NCBI GenBank assembly: GCA_965224025.1
Contig: OZ245033.1
Coordinates: 1,248,001-1,312,000 of the forward strand
Direction: 5' to 3'
Length of the DNA: 64,000 nucleotides
Source: Candidatus Multivorans sp.
Lineage (GTDB): Bacteria; Acidobacteriota; Thermoanaerobaculia; Multivoradales; Multivoraceae
The notes beneath the pieces are model-generated. The model was not told the DNA's origin and did not search any database. It saw nothing but the letters and a program-made list of their open reading frames with translations. Within the stretch, counting starts at the first letter, position 1, and the number at the start of each line of letters is the position of its first letter. A program made the translations under genes and the position numbers. Shown here one piece after another: positions 1 through 9,368 of this stretch.

Positions 1-1
1 G

Positions 2-1207
2 GTGGTGAACCTCGGGATCAAGGTGCCGAGCGAGCAGTTGATCCAGGCCGCGCGCAAGCACCGGCCGGACGTCATCGGGCTCTCGGGGCTCCTGGTCAAG
101 AGCGCCCAGCAGATGGTCGCCACCGCCGGGGATTTTGCCGCCGCCGGCATCGATACGGACCTCGTCGTGGGAGGAGCGGCGCTGACGCGGCGGTTCACGC
201 ACGGACGGATCGCGCCGGAGTACGGCGGCGTCTGCACCTACGCCAGCGACGCGATGAGCGGGCTCGACCTGATCGAACGTCTGTGCGACGGAGGTCGAAG
301 GGGGGCTCTGCTGGAGGAAGTCGAGTCGCTGCGCGAGCGCGACGCGGCCGCGTTCCGGGCCCGGTCCAGGAAGAGGGCGGCGCCGCGGGGAGAGCGGCGC
401 AGCTCCACCGTCCGCACGGATATCCCGGCACCAGGGCCGCCAACCCTCGATCGCCGCACCGCTCGCTTCGACCTCGACGACGTGTGGCCGCACCTGAACC
501 TGCAGATGCTCTACGCCAAGCACCTCGGCCTCAAGGGCTCCGTGGAACGGCTTAGCCAGGCCGGCGATCCGAAGCTGCGGAAGCTCGAGGCCGTGGTCGA
601 GGAACTCAAGGACTTAGCTCGCGGCGAGATGGCCGCGCGTGGGGCGTGGCGGTTCTTCCCGGCCGGGGCTGCGGGCAATCGGCTGGTCCTGCTCGAACCG
701 GGCGGCGGCGGCGCCGGGAAGGTCGCGGCCGAGTGGCGCCTGCCCCGCCAGGCACGCGAGGACGGCCTCTGCCTCGCCGACTACGTGCTGCCGGCCGGCG
801 ATCACGTGGCGCTGTTCGTCGTCACCGCCGGCGCCGGCGTGCGTGACGCGGCCGAGCGCTTCAAGGGGGAAGGCGAGTACCTCAGGAGCCACGCCTACGC
901 GGCGCTTGCCCTCGAGACGGCCGAAGCCGCGGCCGAGCTGCTGCACCAGCGACTCCGCTCCGATCTCGGCTTCCCCGACCCGCCGGAGATGACGACCCGC
1001 GAACGTCTGGCCGCGAAGTACCGCGGCAAGCGCTACTCCTTCGGCTACCCCGCCTGCCCCGACCTTGCGGGCCAGCGTCAGCTCTTCGCGGCGCTAGAGC
1101 CCGCCGACATCGGGGTCGAGCTCACCGAGGGCGACATGATGGACCCGGAGGCCACCGTGTCGGCGCTGGTGTTCCACCACCCGGACGCCCGCTACTTCGG
1201 GGTGTGA
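2..1207 (+). CDS. metH: Cobalamin-dependent methionine synthase, C-terminal part (B12-binding and AdoMet activation domains); 5' end outside the window
   Basis: GLSGLLVKS and VGGAALT B12-binding motifs; RYSFGYPACPDL activation-domain motif. Confidence 0.93.
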   Translation: MVNLGIKVPSEQLIQAARKHRPDVIGLSGLLVKSAQQMVATAGDFAAAGIDTDLVVGGAALTRRFTHGRIAPEYGGVCTYASDAMSGLDLIERLCDGGRRGALLEEVESLRERDAAAFRARSRKRAAPRGERRSSTVRTDIPAPGPPTLDRRTARFDLDDVWPHLNLQMLYAKHLGLKGSVERLSQAGDPKLRKLEAVVEELKDLARGEMAARGAWRFFPAGAAGNRLVLLEPGGGGAGKVAAEWRLPRQAREDGLCLADYVLPAGDHVALFVVTAGAGVRDAAERFKGEGEYLRSHAYAALALETAEAAAELLHQRLRSDLGFPDPPEMTTRERLAAKYRGKRYSFGYPACPDLAGQRQLFAALEPADIGVELTEGDMMDPEATVSALVFHHPDARYFGV

Positions 1208-1465
1208 GGTAGCGGCCGCGGCCCCCGGCGGGGCCTAAGGTGCGGGTGAGGCGACTCGCTACCGAGACGCTTCGCCGAGACTGGAACTCCACTACCTAGC
1301 CCGGGGCCTGCGGGCCGTAGCGAGTCGTTACGAAGCGTAGGAGGATCCGGCGTCCGCGTCCGCGTCAAGCGGTTCGCCTCGGACCGGTTCGTCGAGGCAA
1401 CTTGACAAGTTCGCTCGGGAGCCTCCGTGGTCCCAGCTTCCACTACCTAGCTTGGAGGCTAGACC

Positions 1466-2377
1466 ATGCGGGCACTCTCCAAGGGGGGCCGCTTCGCCGC
1501 TGCCGGGCGCGGCCCCATTGTCTCCCTCCCGTACCGTGCTGCGGCGCGGCCTTGGATCCTGGCGCACTGCGGTGCTGCTCCGGCTGTGTTCGGCGGGCTC
1601 GGCTCGTCGGCCGAGGCGCAGAGTTGTACGCCTCCGGCGTTCTGGAATCCGTTCAATCCTGCCGGCGGACGCTGCGAAGTCCACCTGTGCGCCGACGGCT
1701 ACACGCAGAGCGGCAACCTCTGCTACCTGAACGGGACGTTTGCGGCCTATGCGGCCTCGTGTCCGGTTGGTTGGGGGGTCAGGAGTGTCGTGTACAACGG
1801 CAACTACCACAGCATGCGCTGCGTCGATCCATCGGACGCTGAACCGCCATCGCCGCCGCCGACACCAGCGCTCTCCGTGCCGGGCATTCCCAACTTCAGG
1901 CTGCCGTCCGCGGGCGTCGTCAACACGGTGTTTCCCGCCGCGACGGGAGGCACGCCGCCGACGCCCCCGCCGACGACGCCTCCGCCTCCGCCACCCCCGG
2001 TGCCGCGGACTCCCGGCAGAGAGGACCATAGTGGCGTCGACATTCAAGGGAACGACGGCGACCCCGTGTACGCTTGGCGGGGAGGCAGGGTAGGCTTGGT
2101 TTCCAACCCATACTGTGGCAATGGGGTGGACCTACACCACAGCGACGGCACCGAGACTCGCTACTGCCACTTCAACGCTCCGTCTTCGCTCCCTGGGCAC
2201 GACAACCGCGTGCGTGCGGGGTCTCTCATCGGTAACGTAGGCAGATCGGGCAGGGCGACAGGGTTTCATGTACATGTGACCCACACCTTGGCGAGCGGTA
2301 CGAAGATCGAGTATTTCTCGGCTCTTCCAGCCAGTGGACGGCCGACAGCAGAGCAACTCGACGAGAATGGATGCTGA
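1466..2377 (+). CDS. Secreted Cys-rich / Pro-rich protein with C-terminal M23 peptidase domain (polymorphic M23 copy A)
   Basis: GGAGG at 1454-1458 before the ATG; HSGVD...YCH...HVH zinc motifs; segment ALSVPGIPNFRLPSAGVVNTVFPAATGG almost identical to the N-terminus of the protein starting at 31794. Confidence 0.82.
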   Translation: MRALSKGGRFAAAGRGPIVSLPYRAAARPWILAHCGAAPAVFGGLGSSAEAQSCTPPAFWNPFNPAGGRCEVHLCADGYTQSGNLCYLNGTFAAYAASCPVGWGVRSVVYNGNYHSMRCVDPSDAEPPSPPPTPALSVPGIPNFRLPSAGVVNTVFPAATGGTPPTPPPTTPPPPPPPVPRTPGREDHSGVDIQGNDGDPVYAWRGGRVGLVSNPYCGNGVDLHHSDGTETRYCHFNAPSSLPGHDNRVRAGSLIGNVGRSGRATGFHVHVTHTLASGTKIEYFSALPASGRPTAEQLDENGC

Positions 2378-3585
2378 CGATGAGAACCGTAATCTTCGCT
2401 GCTCTTCTGACGCTGACGGCCTGGGCGGCTCGTGCGACCGATGAAGGCGCCTTGCTGCCTCAGGGCAACCTCCTCGGTTTCGGCTGCTGCCTCATCACCG
2501 ACTCGGGACACGCGGTTGTCGGCCTCGACTTTCCTGACGTTCGCGGCCGGATGTCCGTCATGATTTGGAAGGGCGGAGAGCCCCGAACACAGACGCTCGA
2601 TCTTGGAGGAAAATGGCTGGCGCTACTTCCCGATGATCGTGTTCTGATGTACGGCTACAAGCTCGTCGACGGCGTCGATCCCCATGCGGACTCGTACACA
2701 CATGGCGACGCGTTCTTCGTCCATCAGGTCTATCGGATCAGGGGATCGGGGCTCCAGCTCGAGCAGGAGTTCCTCGAGCGTACGGACGTCGAGATGGGTT
2801 ACACCAGAATCGCGGGCGATCTCAAGACCTGGGTGAGAATGGAGAACCTCCACCGGGAAGCTCCGAACGGGCATATGGTCTATGGAAGACACTTCGCCAT
2901 CGGGACGACCAAGTCGGGGAAGACGCGGCGTTCGGAGGCATTGGAACTCTATCCGGCCACTCTACGTGACGACGACATAACGGCCTTCGAGATCGTGGAT
3001 TCGGACGGGCCGATCCTGCTCGCGTCCTACGCGGCCGACCTCTTCCTGATCCGATTTCGCGACTACGGAGTGGATTCGCGGCCGGTCGACCTCTTGCGGC
3101 ATGTCGTACATCCACGCGGCGGCGAGTTGGATGTTGTGTGGCAGTCCGAGGACCGTGTGCTGTGGGCGCGGAAGGGAGACGAGTGGCTGGCCTACGACCT
3201 GTGGAATGTCCGATACGAGCTTGCCGTTCCGGAGGTGCCGTTCCTTCGGCGGTCCGCCCATGGCTCGCCGCACCCGATTCGGGGCTTCGTCGAGATAGAG
3301 AGGGACGGGAGCCGGTTTCGCGTGAGGCACTCGTGGCAAAGTCCGCAGTTTGAGAACTGGCGGGAGGAACATGTTTCGGAACGGCGGAGTGGCCCGCTGC
3401 CGGTAGCGGTGAGCCCTAACGGCCGTCGTGCGTTGGTGCTGGAGCGCCGGAGTACCGAACAAGGCGAAGCCGTCACTTATGCGAGCAGGTTTGGATTGGA
3501 CCTCGCGCCGGTCGTTCCGCCCGTCCCAGCCGCTGCAGGCGAGGCGGACGGGAAGAAGGAAGCGCAACCGCAAGCAGAGCACTGA
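2371..3585 (+). CDS. Secreted ~400-aa partner of M23 copy A (possible beta-propeller; candidate immunity/accessory protein)
   Basis: Overlaps the M23 stop; signal peptide MRTVIFAALLTLTAWAARA; paralog of 28754..29983 (WQSxxxVLWA, AYxLW, VSPNGR, VTY...GLDL.PV.PPV). Confidence 0.75.
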   Translation: MLTMRTVIFAALLTLTAWAARATDEGALLPQGNLLGFGCCLITDSGHAVVGLDFPDVRGRMSVMIWKGGEPRTQTLDLGGKWLALLPDDRVLMYGYKLVDGVDPHADSYTHGDAFFVHQVYRIRGSGLQLEQEFLERTDVEMGYTRIAGDLKTWVRMENLHREAPNGHMVYGRHFAIGTTKSGKTRRSEALELYPATLRDDDITAFEIVDSDGPILLASYAADLFLIRFRDYGVDSRPVDLLRHVVHPRGGELDVVWQSEDRVLWARKGDEWLAYDLWNVRYELAVPEVPFLRRSAHGSPHPIRGFVEIERDGSRFRVRHSWQSPQFENWREEHVSERRSGPLPVAVSPNGRRALVLERRSTEQGEAVTYASRFGLDLAPVVPPVPAAAGEADGKKEAQPQAEH

Positions 3586-3593
3586 ACGCCTGG

Positions 3594-3760
3594 CTATCGC
3601 GACCCAGATAGCGCCGCCGCCTTCTCTTGCCGTTTCTCCCGCTTCGCCCTGACCAGTGCCGCCGCCCGATCCAGGTGATCGTCGCCAAGGCGGCCGAGGT
3701 ACTCGTCGTAGCTGCCGGCGAAGTCGTTGACGCCATCTCTCGAGATCTCGATGATCCGGG
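3594..3760 (-). repeat. Diverged duplicate of the 3' end of the ABC-F gene (4599-4756)
   Basis: Translates RIIEISRDGVNDFAGSYDEYLGRLGDDHLDRAAALVRAKREK vs RIIEISSEGVNDFVGSYDEYLDRLGDDHLDRAAALVRAKREK in the intact gene. Confidence 0.9.
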
Positions 3761-3873
3761 GAGCGTCGGTGCGCCGGAGAGTGGAGCGGAAGGCCGGCCA
3801 CGAACCCAGCCCGTCTTCGTAGGCGCAACGGCCCCAACTTGACAACTTGACATGTTGGCTGCAGAGTCGGTCC

Positions 3874-4113
3874 ATGAGAGCGCTTCCGGTAGCCGAGTTG
3901 AAGGCCGGGTTCTCGCAGATCCTCGCCGACGTGCGCCGGGGCGAGCGCATCGGCGTCCTGTACGGGAGGTCGAAGACGCCGGTCGCCATGATCGTTCCGT
4001 ACGAACCGGCGCCTGCAGGCAAGCGCGAGCTCGGCTTCCTCGACGGCGAGGTCACGATCGAGTTCACCGATGACTTCGAGATGACCGAAGAGGAATTCCT
4101 CGGCGGCGCGTGA
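3874..4113 (+). CDS. Phd/YefM-family antitoxin
   Basis: MRALPVAELKAGFSQILADVRRGERI...PVAMIVP pattern; GTGA overlap with the PIN toxin; tandem AACTTGAC upstream (3836-3851) as possible operator/-35. Confidence 0.85.
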   Translation: MRALPVAELKAGFSQILADVRRGERIGVLYGRSKTPVAMIVPYEPAPAGKRELGFLDGEVTIEFTDDFEMTEEEFLGGA

Positions 4114-4511
4114 CGTACCTGCTGGACACCCATGTCCTGCTGTGGGCCATCGGCAGATCGACCAGGCTGTCCGCTCCCGCTCGCGAGATCATCGAGGACC
4201 CGCGCAACCGGATACTGGTGAGCACCGTGTCCCTGTGGGAGGCATCGCTGAAGTACGGGTTGGGGAAGCTGAAGCTCGATCCGCTGGTTCCGGACGATAT
4301 TCCCGACCACTGCCGCCGGCTCGGTTTCGAGATCCTCCCGCTGGAAAGCGGCGACGCGGCGAGCTACCACGTCCTGCCTCGGGTGGACGCGCATCGCGAT
4401 CCGTTCGACCAAATGCTCGTTCACCAGTGCATTCGAGGCAACCTGATTCTGGTCAGCCGCGATGGGCGGATGAAGAGCTATCGACCACACGGGTTGCGGC
4501 GTGTCTGGTAG
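4110..4511 (+). CDS. vapC: VapC-type PIN-domain toxin
   Basis: YLLDTHVLLW, SLWE, HRDPFD and LVSRD motifs. Confidence 0.92.
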   Translation: MTYLLDTHVLLWAIGRSTRLSAPAREIIEDPRNRILVSTVSLWEASLKYGLGKLKLDPLVPDDIPDHCRRLGFEILPLESGDAASYHVLPRVDAHRDPFDQMLVHQCIRGNLILVSRDGRMKSYRPHGLRRVW

Positions 4512-4598
4512 GGCGTGGCGCGGGGAGGGAGCGCCAGGCTTCGACACGACCCGGTAGTTGGCCGCGGAGCCGGTTCCGTGCTTTGCCGGCTCGGTTGG

Positions 4599-6272
4599 CT
4601 ACCCCCGCGCCGCGGCCTTCTTCTCCTTCTTCTCCCGCTTCGCACGCACGAGGGCAGCGGCCCGATCCAGGTGATCGTCGCCCAGGCGGTCCAGGTACTC
4701 GTCGTAGCTGCCGACGAAATCGTTCACGCCTTCGCTCGAGATCTCGATGATCCGGGTGGCGAGCCGGCTCACGAACCAGCGGTCGTGGGAGACCAGGAGC
4801 AGGGTGCCCGGGTAGTCGAGGAGGCCGTCGATCAGGGCCTGGATGGCCTCCAGGTCGAGGTGGTTGGTCGGCTCGTCCAGGACCAGGACGTTGGGCTTGA
4901 GGACGACATGGCGGCAGAACAGGAGGCGCGCCGCCTCGCCGCCGGAGAGGCTGCCGATTCGCTTGGCCGCCTCGTCCTTGGAGAACAGGACGGCGCCGAG
5001 CTGGCCGCGCACAAAGCCGACCGGCTCGCCCGGGCAGCAGTCCCAGAGCCAGCTCTCGACCGTCTTCCGCTCGGCGCCCTCTCTGTCGAGCAACTGCTGT
5101 CGGTGGTCCTGGGCGAAGTAGCCGGGGTGGGTCTCGTAGCCCCAGTCGATCTCGCCGCGGTCGGCGCCGACCTCGCCGATCGCGATCTTGAGCAGGGTCG
5201 ACTTGCCGATGCCGTTCGGCCCGATGATCGCGATCCGCTCGCCGCGGCCGATCTCGAGCGACACGTCGTCGAGGACCTCGTTGTCGCCGTAGCTCTTGGA
5301 GACGCCTTCGAGCGTCAGCACCCGCTTGCCGGATGGCCGGCGCGACTGGAAGCGGAACAGCGGGTAGCGGCGCGACGTCCGGGGCAGGGGCTCGATCGAG
5401 ATTCGGTTGATCAGCTTCACCCGGCTCTGGGCCTGCCGCGCCTTGCTGGCCTTGTAGCGGAAGCGGTCGACGAACTTCTGGTGGTGGTCGATCTCCTGCT
5501 GCCGCTGCGAGATCTCCGCTTCGCGGCGCGCCCGTTCCTCGACCTTCTTGCGCTCGAAGTTGGAGTACGAGCCCGGGTAGGCGGTGAAGGCTTCGTAGTC
5601 GATGTCGAGAATCTGGGTGCAGACGTTGTCGAGAAACCGGTGGTCATGGGAGACGACGACTACGACGCCCTTGAACTCGGACAGGAACTTCTCGAGCCAG
5701 CGGATCGAGAGGATGTCCAGGTGGTTCGTCGGCTCGTCGAGCAGCAGCGCGTCGGGGTACGCGGCCAGGGTCTGCGCCAGCAGCACGCGGAGCTTGAAGC
5801 CGCCGGAGAGGATCGACAGCGGCTCGCGGTGGACCTCCGTTTCTATCCCCAGCCCCTCCAGGATCTCGGCCGCCCGGGACTCCAGCGAGTAGCCGTCCCA
5901 GCGCATGACGACTTCCTCCAGCGCGGCGTAGCGGTCGCCGTCGAAGTGCTCGTCGGCCCGCTCCAGCAGCCGGTCCTTCTCGACCATCGCCTGCCACAGC
6001 TCGGCGTTGCCCATCATCACGACATCGAGGATCGAATCCTGTTCGTACTCGAAGTGGTCCTGCTTCAGCACCCCCAGCCGGCAGCGCTTCGGTACCGAGA
6101 TGGCGCCTTCGCTGGGCGGCTCGTCGCCTGACAGCATGCGCAGGAGCGTCGACTTTCCAGAGCCGTTGGAGCCGACGAGGCCGTAGCGCTCGCCTTTGGC
6201 GAAACGGATGCTCGCGCCCGCGAACAGGGTCTGTTCGCCGAAGCTCTTGCCGAGGTTGGAGATCGAGATCAT
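4599..6272 (-). CDS. ABC-F family ATPase (YbiT-like)
   Basis: Two ABC domains (GSNGSGKS, LSGG, LLDEPTNHLD; GPNGIGKS, LSGGE, LDEPTNHLD), no TM segments; start at MISISNLGKSF. Confidence 0.92.
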   Translation of the reverse strand: MISISNLGKSFGEQTLFAGASIRFAKGERYGLVGSNGSGKSTLLRMLSGDEPPSEGAISVPKRCRLGVLKQDHFEYEQDSILDVVMMGNAELWQAMVEKDRLLERADEHFDGDRYAALEEVVMRWDGYSLESRAAEILEGLGIETEVHREPLSILSGGFKLRVLLAQTLAAYPDALLLDEPTNHLDILSIRWLEKFLSEFKGVVVVVSHDHRFLDNVCTQILDIDYEAFTAYPGSYSNFERKKVEERARREAEISQRQQEIDHHQKFVDRFRYKASKARQAQSRVKLINRISIEPLPRTSRRYPLFRFQSRRPSGKRVLTLEGVSKSYGDNEVLDDVSLEIGRGERIAIIGPNGIGKSTLLKIAIGEVGADRGEIDWGYETHPGYFAQDHRQQLLDREGAERKTVESWLWDCCPGEPVGFVRGQLGAVLFSKDEAAKRIGSLSGGEAARLLFCRHVVLKPNVLVLDEPTNHLDLEAIQALIDGLLDYPGTLLLVSHDRWFVSRLATRIIEISSEGVNDFVGSYDEYLDRLGDDHLDRAAALVRAKREKKEKKAAARG

Positions 6273-6419
6273 CGGGTGGTCATCGGGTAGTCTGCTCAGC
6301 TGGAATGCGGCGTTTCGTCGGCGGGTTTCACCAGCGCGTGCGAGGCGACGGGTGGGGCCGCATGCGGAGCAGGGATCAGGATAGCAACGGGATGGATCAC
6401 GGACTGATGACGGCGAACC

Positions 6420-7385
6420 ATGCTGGGTAAGGCCCGCAGAAAGACCCGCGCGGCGGCCCCGGGCGACCGCTCCGAGCTGGCGCTGAGCGTGGTGGGATGG
6501 GCCGGCGGCGCCTTTCTGGGCGCGGTGCTGGTGTTCGGCGCCGCGGTCAAGGCGCTCGACCCCCAAGGCTTCGTGAGCCAGATCGAGATCGAGGGTCTGG
6601 ACTTCCTGCTGCCGGCGGCGGTGGTGACCGTGATCGCTCTGGCGCTTGAGGTCGGGCTCGGCGGCGCCCTGATCCTCGGCCTGCGCCGGATCTGGGTGCT
6701 GGGGCCCTCGGCGCTCCTGGTCGCGTTCTTCCTGTTCCTCACCGGCCGTACCTACTTCCGCGATCTGCGCGGTATCGCCGCCCCTGAGGAGGCCGGCTGC
6801 GGCTGCTTCGGCAACCTGGTCGAACGCACGCCGGCGGAGGCGTTCTGGCAGGACCTCGCGCTCATGGTGCCGGCACTGGCGCTGGCCTTCCTGGGCCGGC
6901 GCGCGGCTTCCGGCCTGCCGTGGATCCGGCTCGCCATGGTCGGCACGTTGACCGTGGGCCTGCTGGCCTTCGCCCGCGCGGCGCCCGACCTGCCGCTCGA
7001 CGACCTGGCGACGCGGCTCAAGCCGGGTCTTGCGATCGACCAGATATGCAGCGGCGAGGGCGACAGCCGGCTCTGCCTTTCGACCGTCGTGCCCGAACTC
7101 GAGGAGGGCGAGCAGTGGCTGGTGATCGCCGACCTCGACGAGGACCTCGGCAAGGCCGTCGACGGCCTGAACCAGCACGTCTTCGCGGGCGGCCGGATGT
7201 GGGTACTCAGCTCGGCGACCCCGGACGAGAACCGGACGTTCTTCTGGTCCTACGGCCCGGCCTTCGAGATCCGCGAGGCGCCGCCGACGTTCCTGAGTCC
7301 GCTGTACCGGGCGCTGCCGCGTTCGTTCCGGGTCAAGGATGGGGTGGTGGTCGAGACGGTGTCGGGGTTGCCGCCGGCGCCGTAG
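6420..7385 (+). CDS. MauE/DoxX-family membrane protein
   Basis: Multiple TM helices and GCGCFG motif. Confidence 0.75.
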   Translation: MLGKARRKTRAAAPGDRSELALSVVGWAGGAFLGAVLVFGAAVKALDPQGFVSQIEIEGLDFLLPAAVVTVIALALEVGLGGALILGLRRIWVLGPSALLVAFFLFLTGRTYFRDLRGIAAPEEAGCGCFGNLVERTPAEAFWQDLALMVPALALAFLGRRAASGLPWIRLAMVGTLTVGLLAFARAAPDLPLDDLATRLKPGLAIDQICSGEGDSRLCLSTVVPELEEGEQWLVIADLDEDLGKAVDGLNQHVFAGGRMWVLSSATPDENRTFFWSYGPAFEIREAPPTFLSPLYRALPRSFRVKDGVVVETVSGLPPAP

Positions 7386-7775
7386 TCACGCTGGGCGGGA
7401 GCGCTCCTCCAGATAGACCGCCACCTGCGCCTTTCCCAGGTTGCCGGCGGCGACGCCGAGGACCAGTTCCGCGATTTCGTCTGGCTCTGCCACCACGTCG
7501 AGATCGTTGAGCCACAGGAAAGCGAGACAGGCGGCGAGGGCCGTGCGCTTGTTTCCGTCCAGGAACGGATGGTTGTTGCATAGATGGAAGAGGTAGGCGG
7601 CGGCCATCTCGAAGAGGGTCGAATGGAGGAGCTCGCCGCCGTACGTCGCTGCGGGCATAGCGAGGGCGGACGCAAGGAGTCCGCTGTCGCGTAGGCCTTC
7701 CGTTCCGCCGTAGCACTCGATCTGCTCTGCCTGGATCGCGAGGACTTCATCGAGCGTGAGGAATACCGGCTCCAC
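7386..7775 (-). CDS. doc: Doc/Fic-family toxin (death-on-curing)
   Basis: GLRDSGLLASA and HPFLDGNKRTA Fic motif. Confidence 0.92.
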   Translation of the reverse strand: MEPVFLTLDEVLAIQAEQIECYGGTEGLRDSGLLASALAMPAATYGGELLHSTLFEMAAAYLFHLCNNHPFLDGNKRTALAACLAFLWLNDLDVVAEPDEIAELVLGVAAGNLGKAQVAVYLEERSRPA

Positions 7776-7796
7776 TCGCCCCGAAACGCCTCCGCG

Positions 7797-8024
7797 CTAC
7801 TGCGCCAGCCGCCGGAAGGCCCCGGCGTAGCGCTCGTGCATGCGATTCAGGCCGCGCTTGAGCTTCGATACGCGATCGTCGCTGCGAATCGGACAGATCA
7901 GGATGACGTCGCCGTCCGTCGAGACCTCCAGAAGCGTGTCGCTGTCAATCCCCGTGGCCTTGAGGATTCCCTTGTCCAACACGATCGCTTGGCTATTGCC
8001 GGTCCTGGTCAAGCGCTTCTCCAT
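7797..8024 (-). CDS. AbrB/MazE-type antitoxin
   Basis: KRLTRTGNSQAIVL swapped-hairpin N-terminus; directly upstream of doc. Confidence 0.85.
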   Translation of the reverse strand: MEKRLTRTGNSQAIVLDKGILKATGIDSDTLLEVSTDGDVILICPIRSDDRVSKLKRGLNRMHERYAGAFRRLAQ

Positions 8025-8098
8025 CGTAAGGACACACTAGCACCGTCGTTCGTACAGAGATAGTGCGCGAAACGAAGTTCGTCATTCAACGGTCCGAG

Positions 8099-9265
8099 TT
8101 ACCCAGACGTCTCCGCGAGCTCGGCTGCCAGATCGATGCCGCCGTTGCGCCAGGCAGCATCGGTGGCGTGGAGTTCGCCGGCGGGGGCGAAGCGGGAGAC
8201 GCCGGCTTGTTCGAAGGCGCGGCGGACGGTCGCGGGCGTGTGGCCGGCGACGGCGATGCCTTGGATGCGGCCGTTCCAGTCGTAGAGGGTTGGGAACTCG
8301 GAGACGGAGTGGATGCGGACGGTGCGCAGGCCGGGAGAAGGGTTGATCGTGGCGTCGTTCTCGACGATCACGGTGCCGGCGTCGAGCGCGTCGCCAAACC
8401 AGGCGAGACCGCGGAAATCGGCGTCTTCGCGGGCTAGGCGGACGCCGGCGCGTTCGGCGTGGCTTGCCCGGCCGGGCGGAAGTGCGGCCGCGAGTTCCGA
8501 AAGCGCGTCGGCGAGGGCGAGAGCGAAAGAGTTGGCTGCCGGTTGCTCGACAAGCACGGCCTCGACGGAGAGGCAGCCGCGCTGGTCGAAGAGCGCGATG
8601 TCGAGGGCCATGCCGCGAGCTGCCCGATTCACGTCGGCATCGGGGCCTACCCAGCCGAGGCTCAGCTTGGGGCCGAAGGCGACGAGCTTCCGGGGGCCTG
8701 CGGCCGCGATGGAGGCGATCGTCGACTCGTTTCCATAGGCGGCGACGAGCCGGGCGCGAGCGCACAGGGGAGCTTCGATCGAGGCGTCGCCGCCGGTCCA
8801 CATGGCGGTGGCGTAGGCATTGCGCAGGATGGGGCGCCGGCGACCCAGGGCGGCAAGGAATGCCGGTGCGAAGAAGGGCTCGGCCCGCGATGACTTGAAC
8901 AGGACAGGCGTGCGCGCGGCCAGGGCCGGCAGCAGGGACTGGAGGATCAGGCCCGGCGGGTTTGCCGGCAAGACGACGAGGTTGAAGCCGTCCGCGTGCT
9001 GCTTCGGTGCGCGGCGAAGCGTCGCGGCTGCGGGCTCGCCGGCCATGCCAAGGCCGATGGTCCGGAGGCCGCGGTCGAGGCCGGCGGGGGAGAGGCGGGT
9101 TGCGGCCAGCAGGTCGGGGTCGAGGGCGCGACGTTCGGGGCTCGCGGGGTCCAGGAAGGCGCCGAGGGTGTCGTTCCAGGCGGCGAGGAGATCGTTGGTG
9201 GGGATGGCGCGGAGCGCGGCCGAGGCCGCGGCGAGGCCCAGGACGGTGGCTTCGGGGGTGCTCAT
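8099..9265 (-). CDS. LuxC-like acyl-CoA reductase
   Basis: PANPP, KSS.AEP, AFGPKLS and DQRGCLS motifs; adjacent to a luxE-like gene. Confidence 0.8.
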   Translation of the reverse strand: MSTPEATVLGLAAASAALRAIPTNDLLAAWNDTLGAFLDPASPERRALDPDLLAATRLSPAGLDRGLRTIGLGMAGEPAAATLRRAPKQHADGFNLVVLPANPPGLILQSLLPALAARTPVLFKSSRAEPFFAPAFLAALGRRRPILRNAYATAMWTGGDASIEAPLCARARLVAAYGNESTIASIAAAGPRKLVAFGPKLSLGWVGPDADVNRAARGMALDIALFDQRGCLSVEAVLVEQPAANSFALALADALSELAAALPPGRASHAERAGVRLAREDADFRGLAWFGDALDAGTVIVENDATINPSPGLRTVRIHSVSEFPTLYDWNGRIQGIAVAGHTPATVRRAFEQAGVSRFAPAGELHATDAAWRNGGIDLAAELAETSG

Positions 9266-9368
9266 ACCGGACCGGCGCTTTGCGCCGGATGCGGACCAGA
9301 GGGTCCGCGCACCCAGAGACAGGGCGTCGTGGTGGCGGTGTTCTCTACGGTTCACGATCGGTAGCCTC

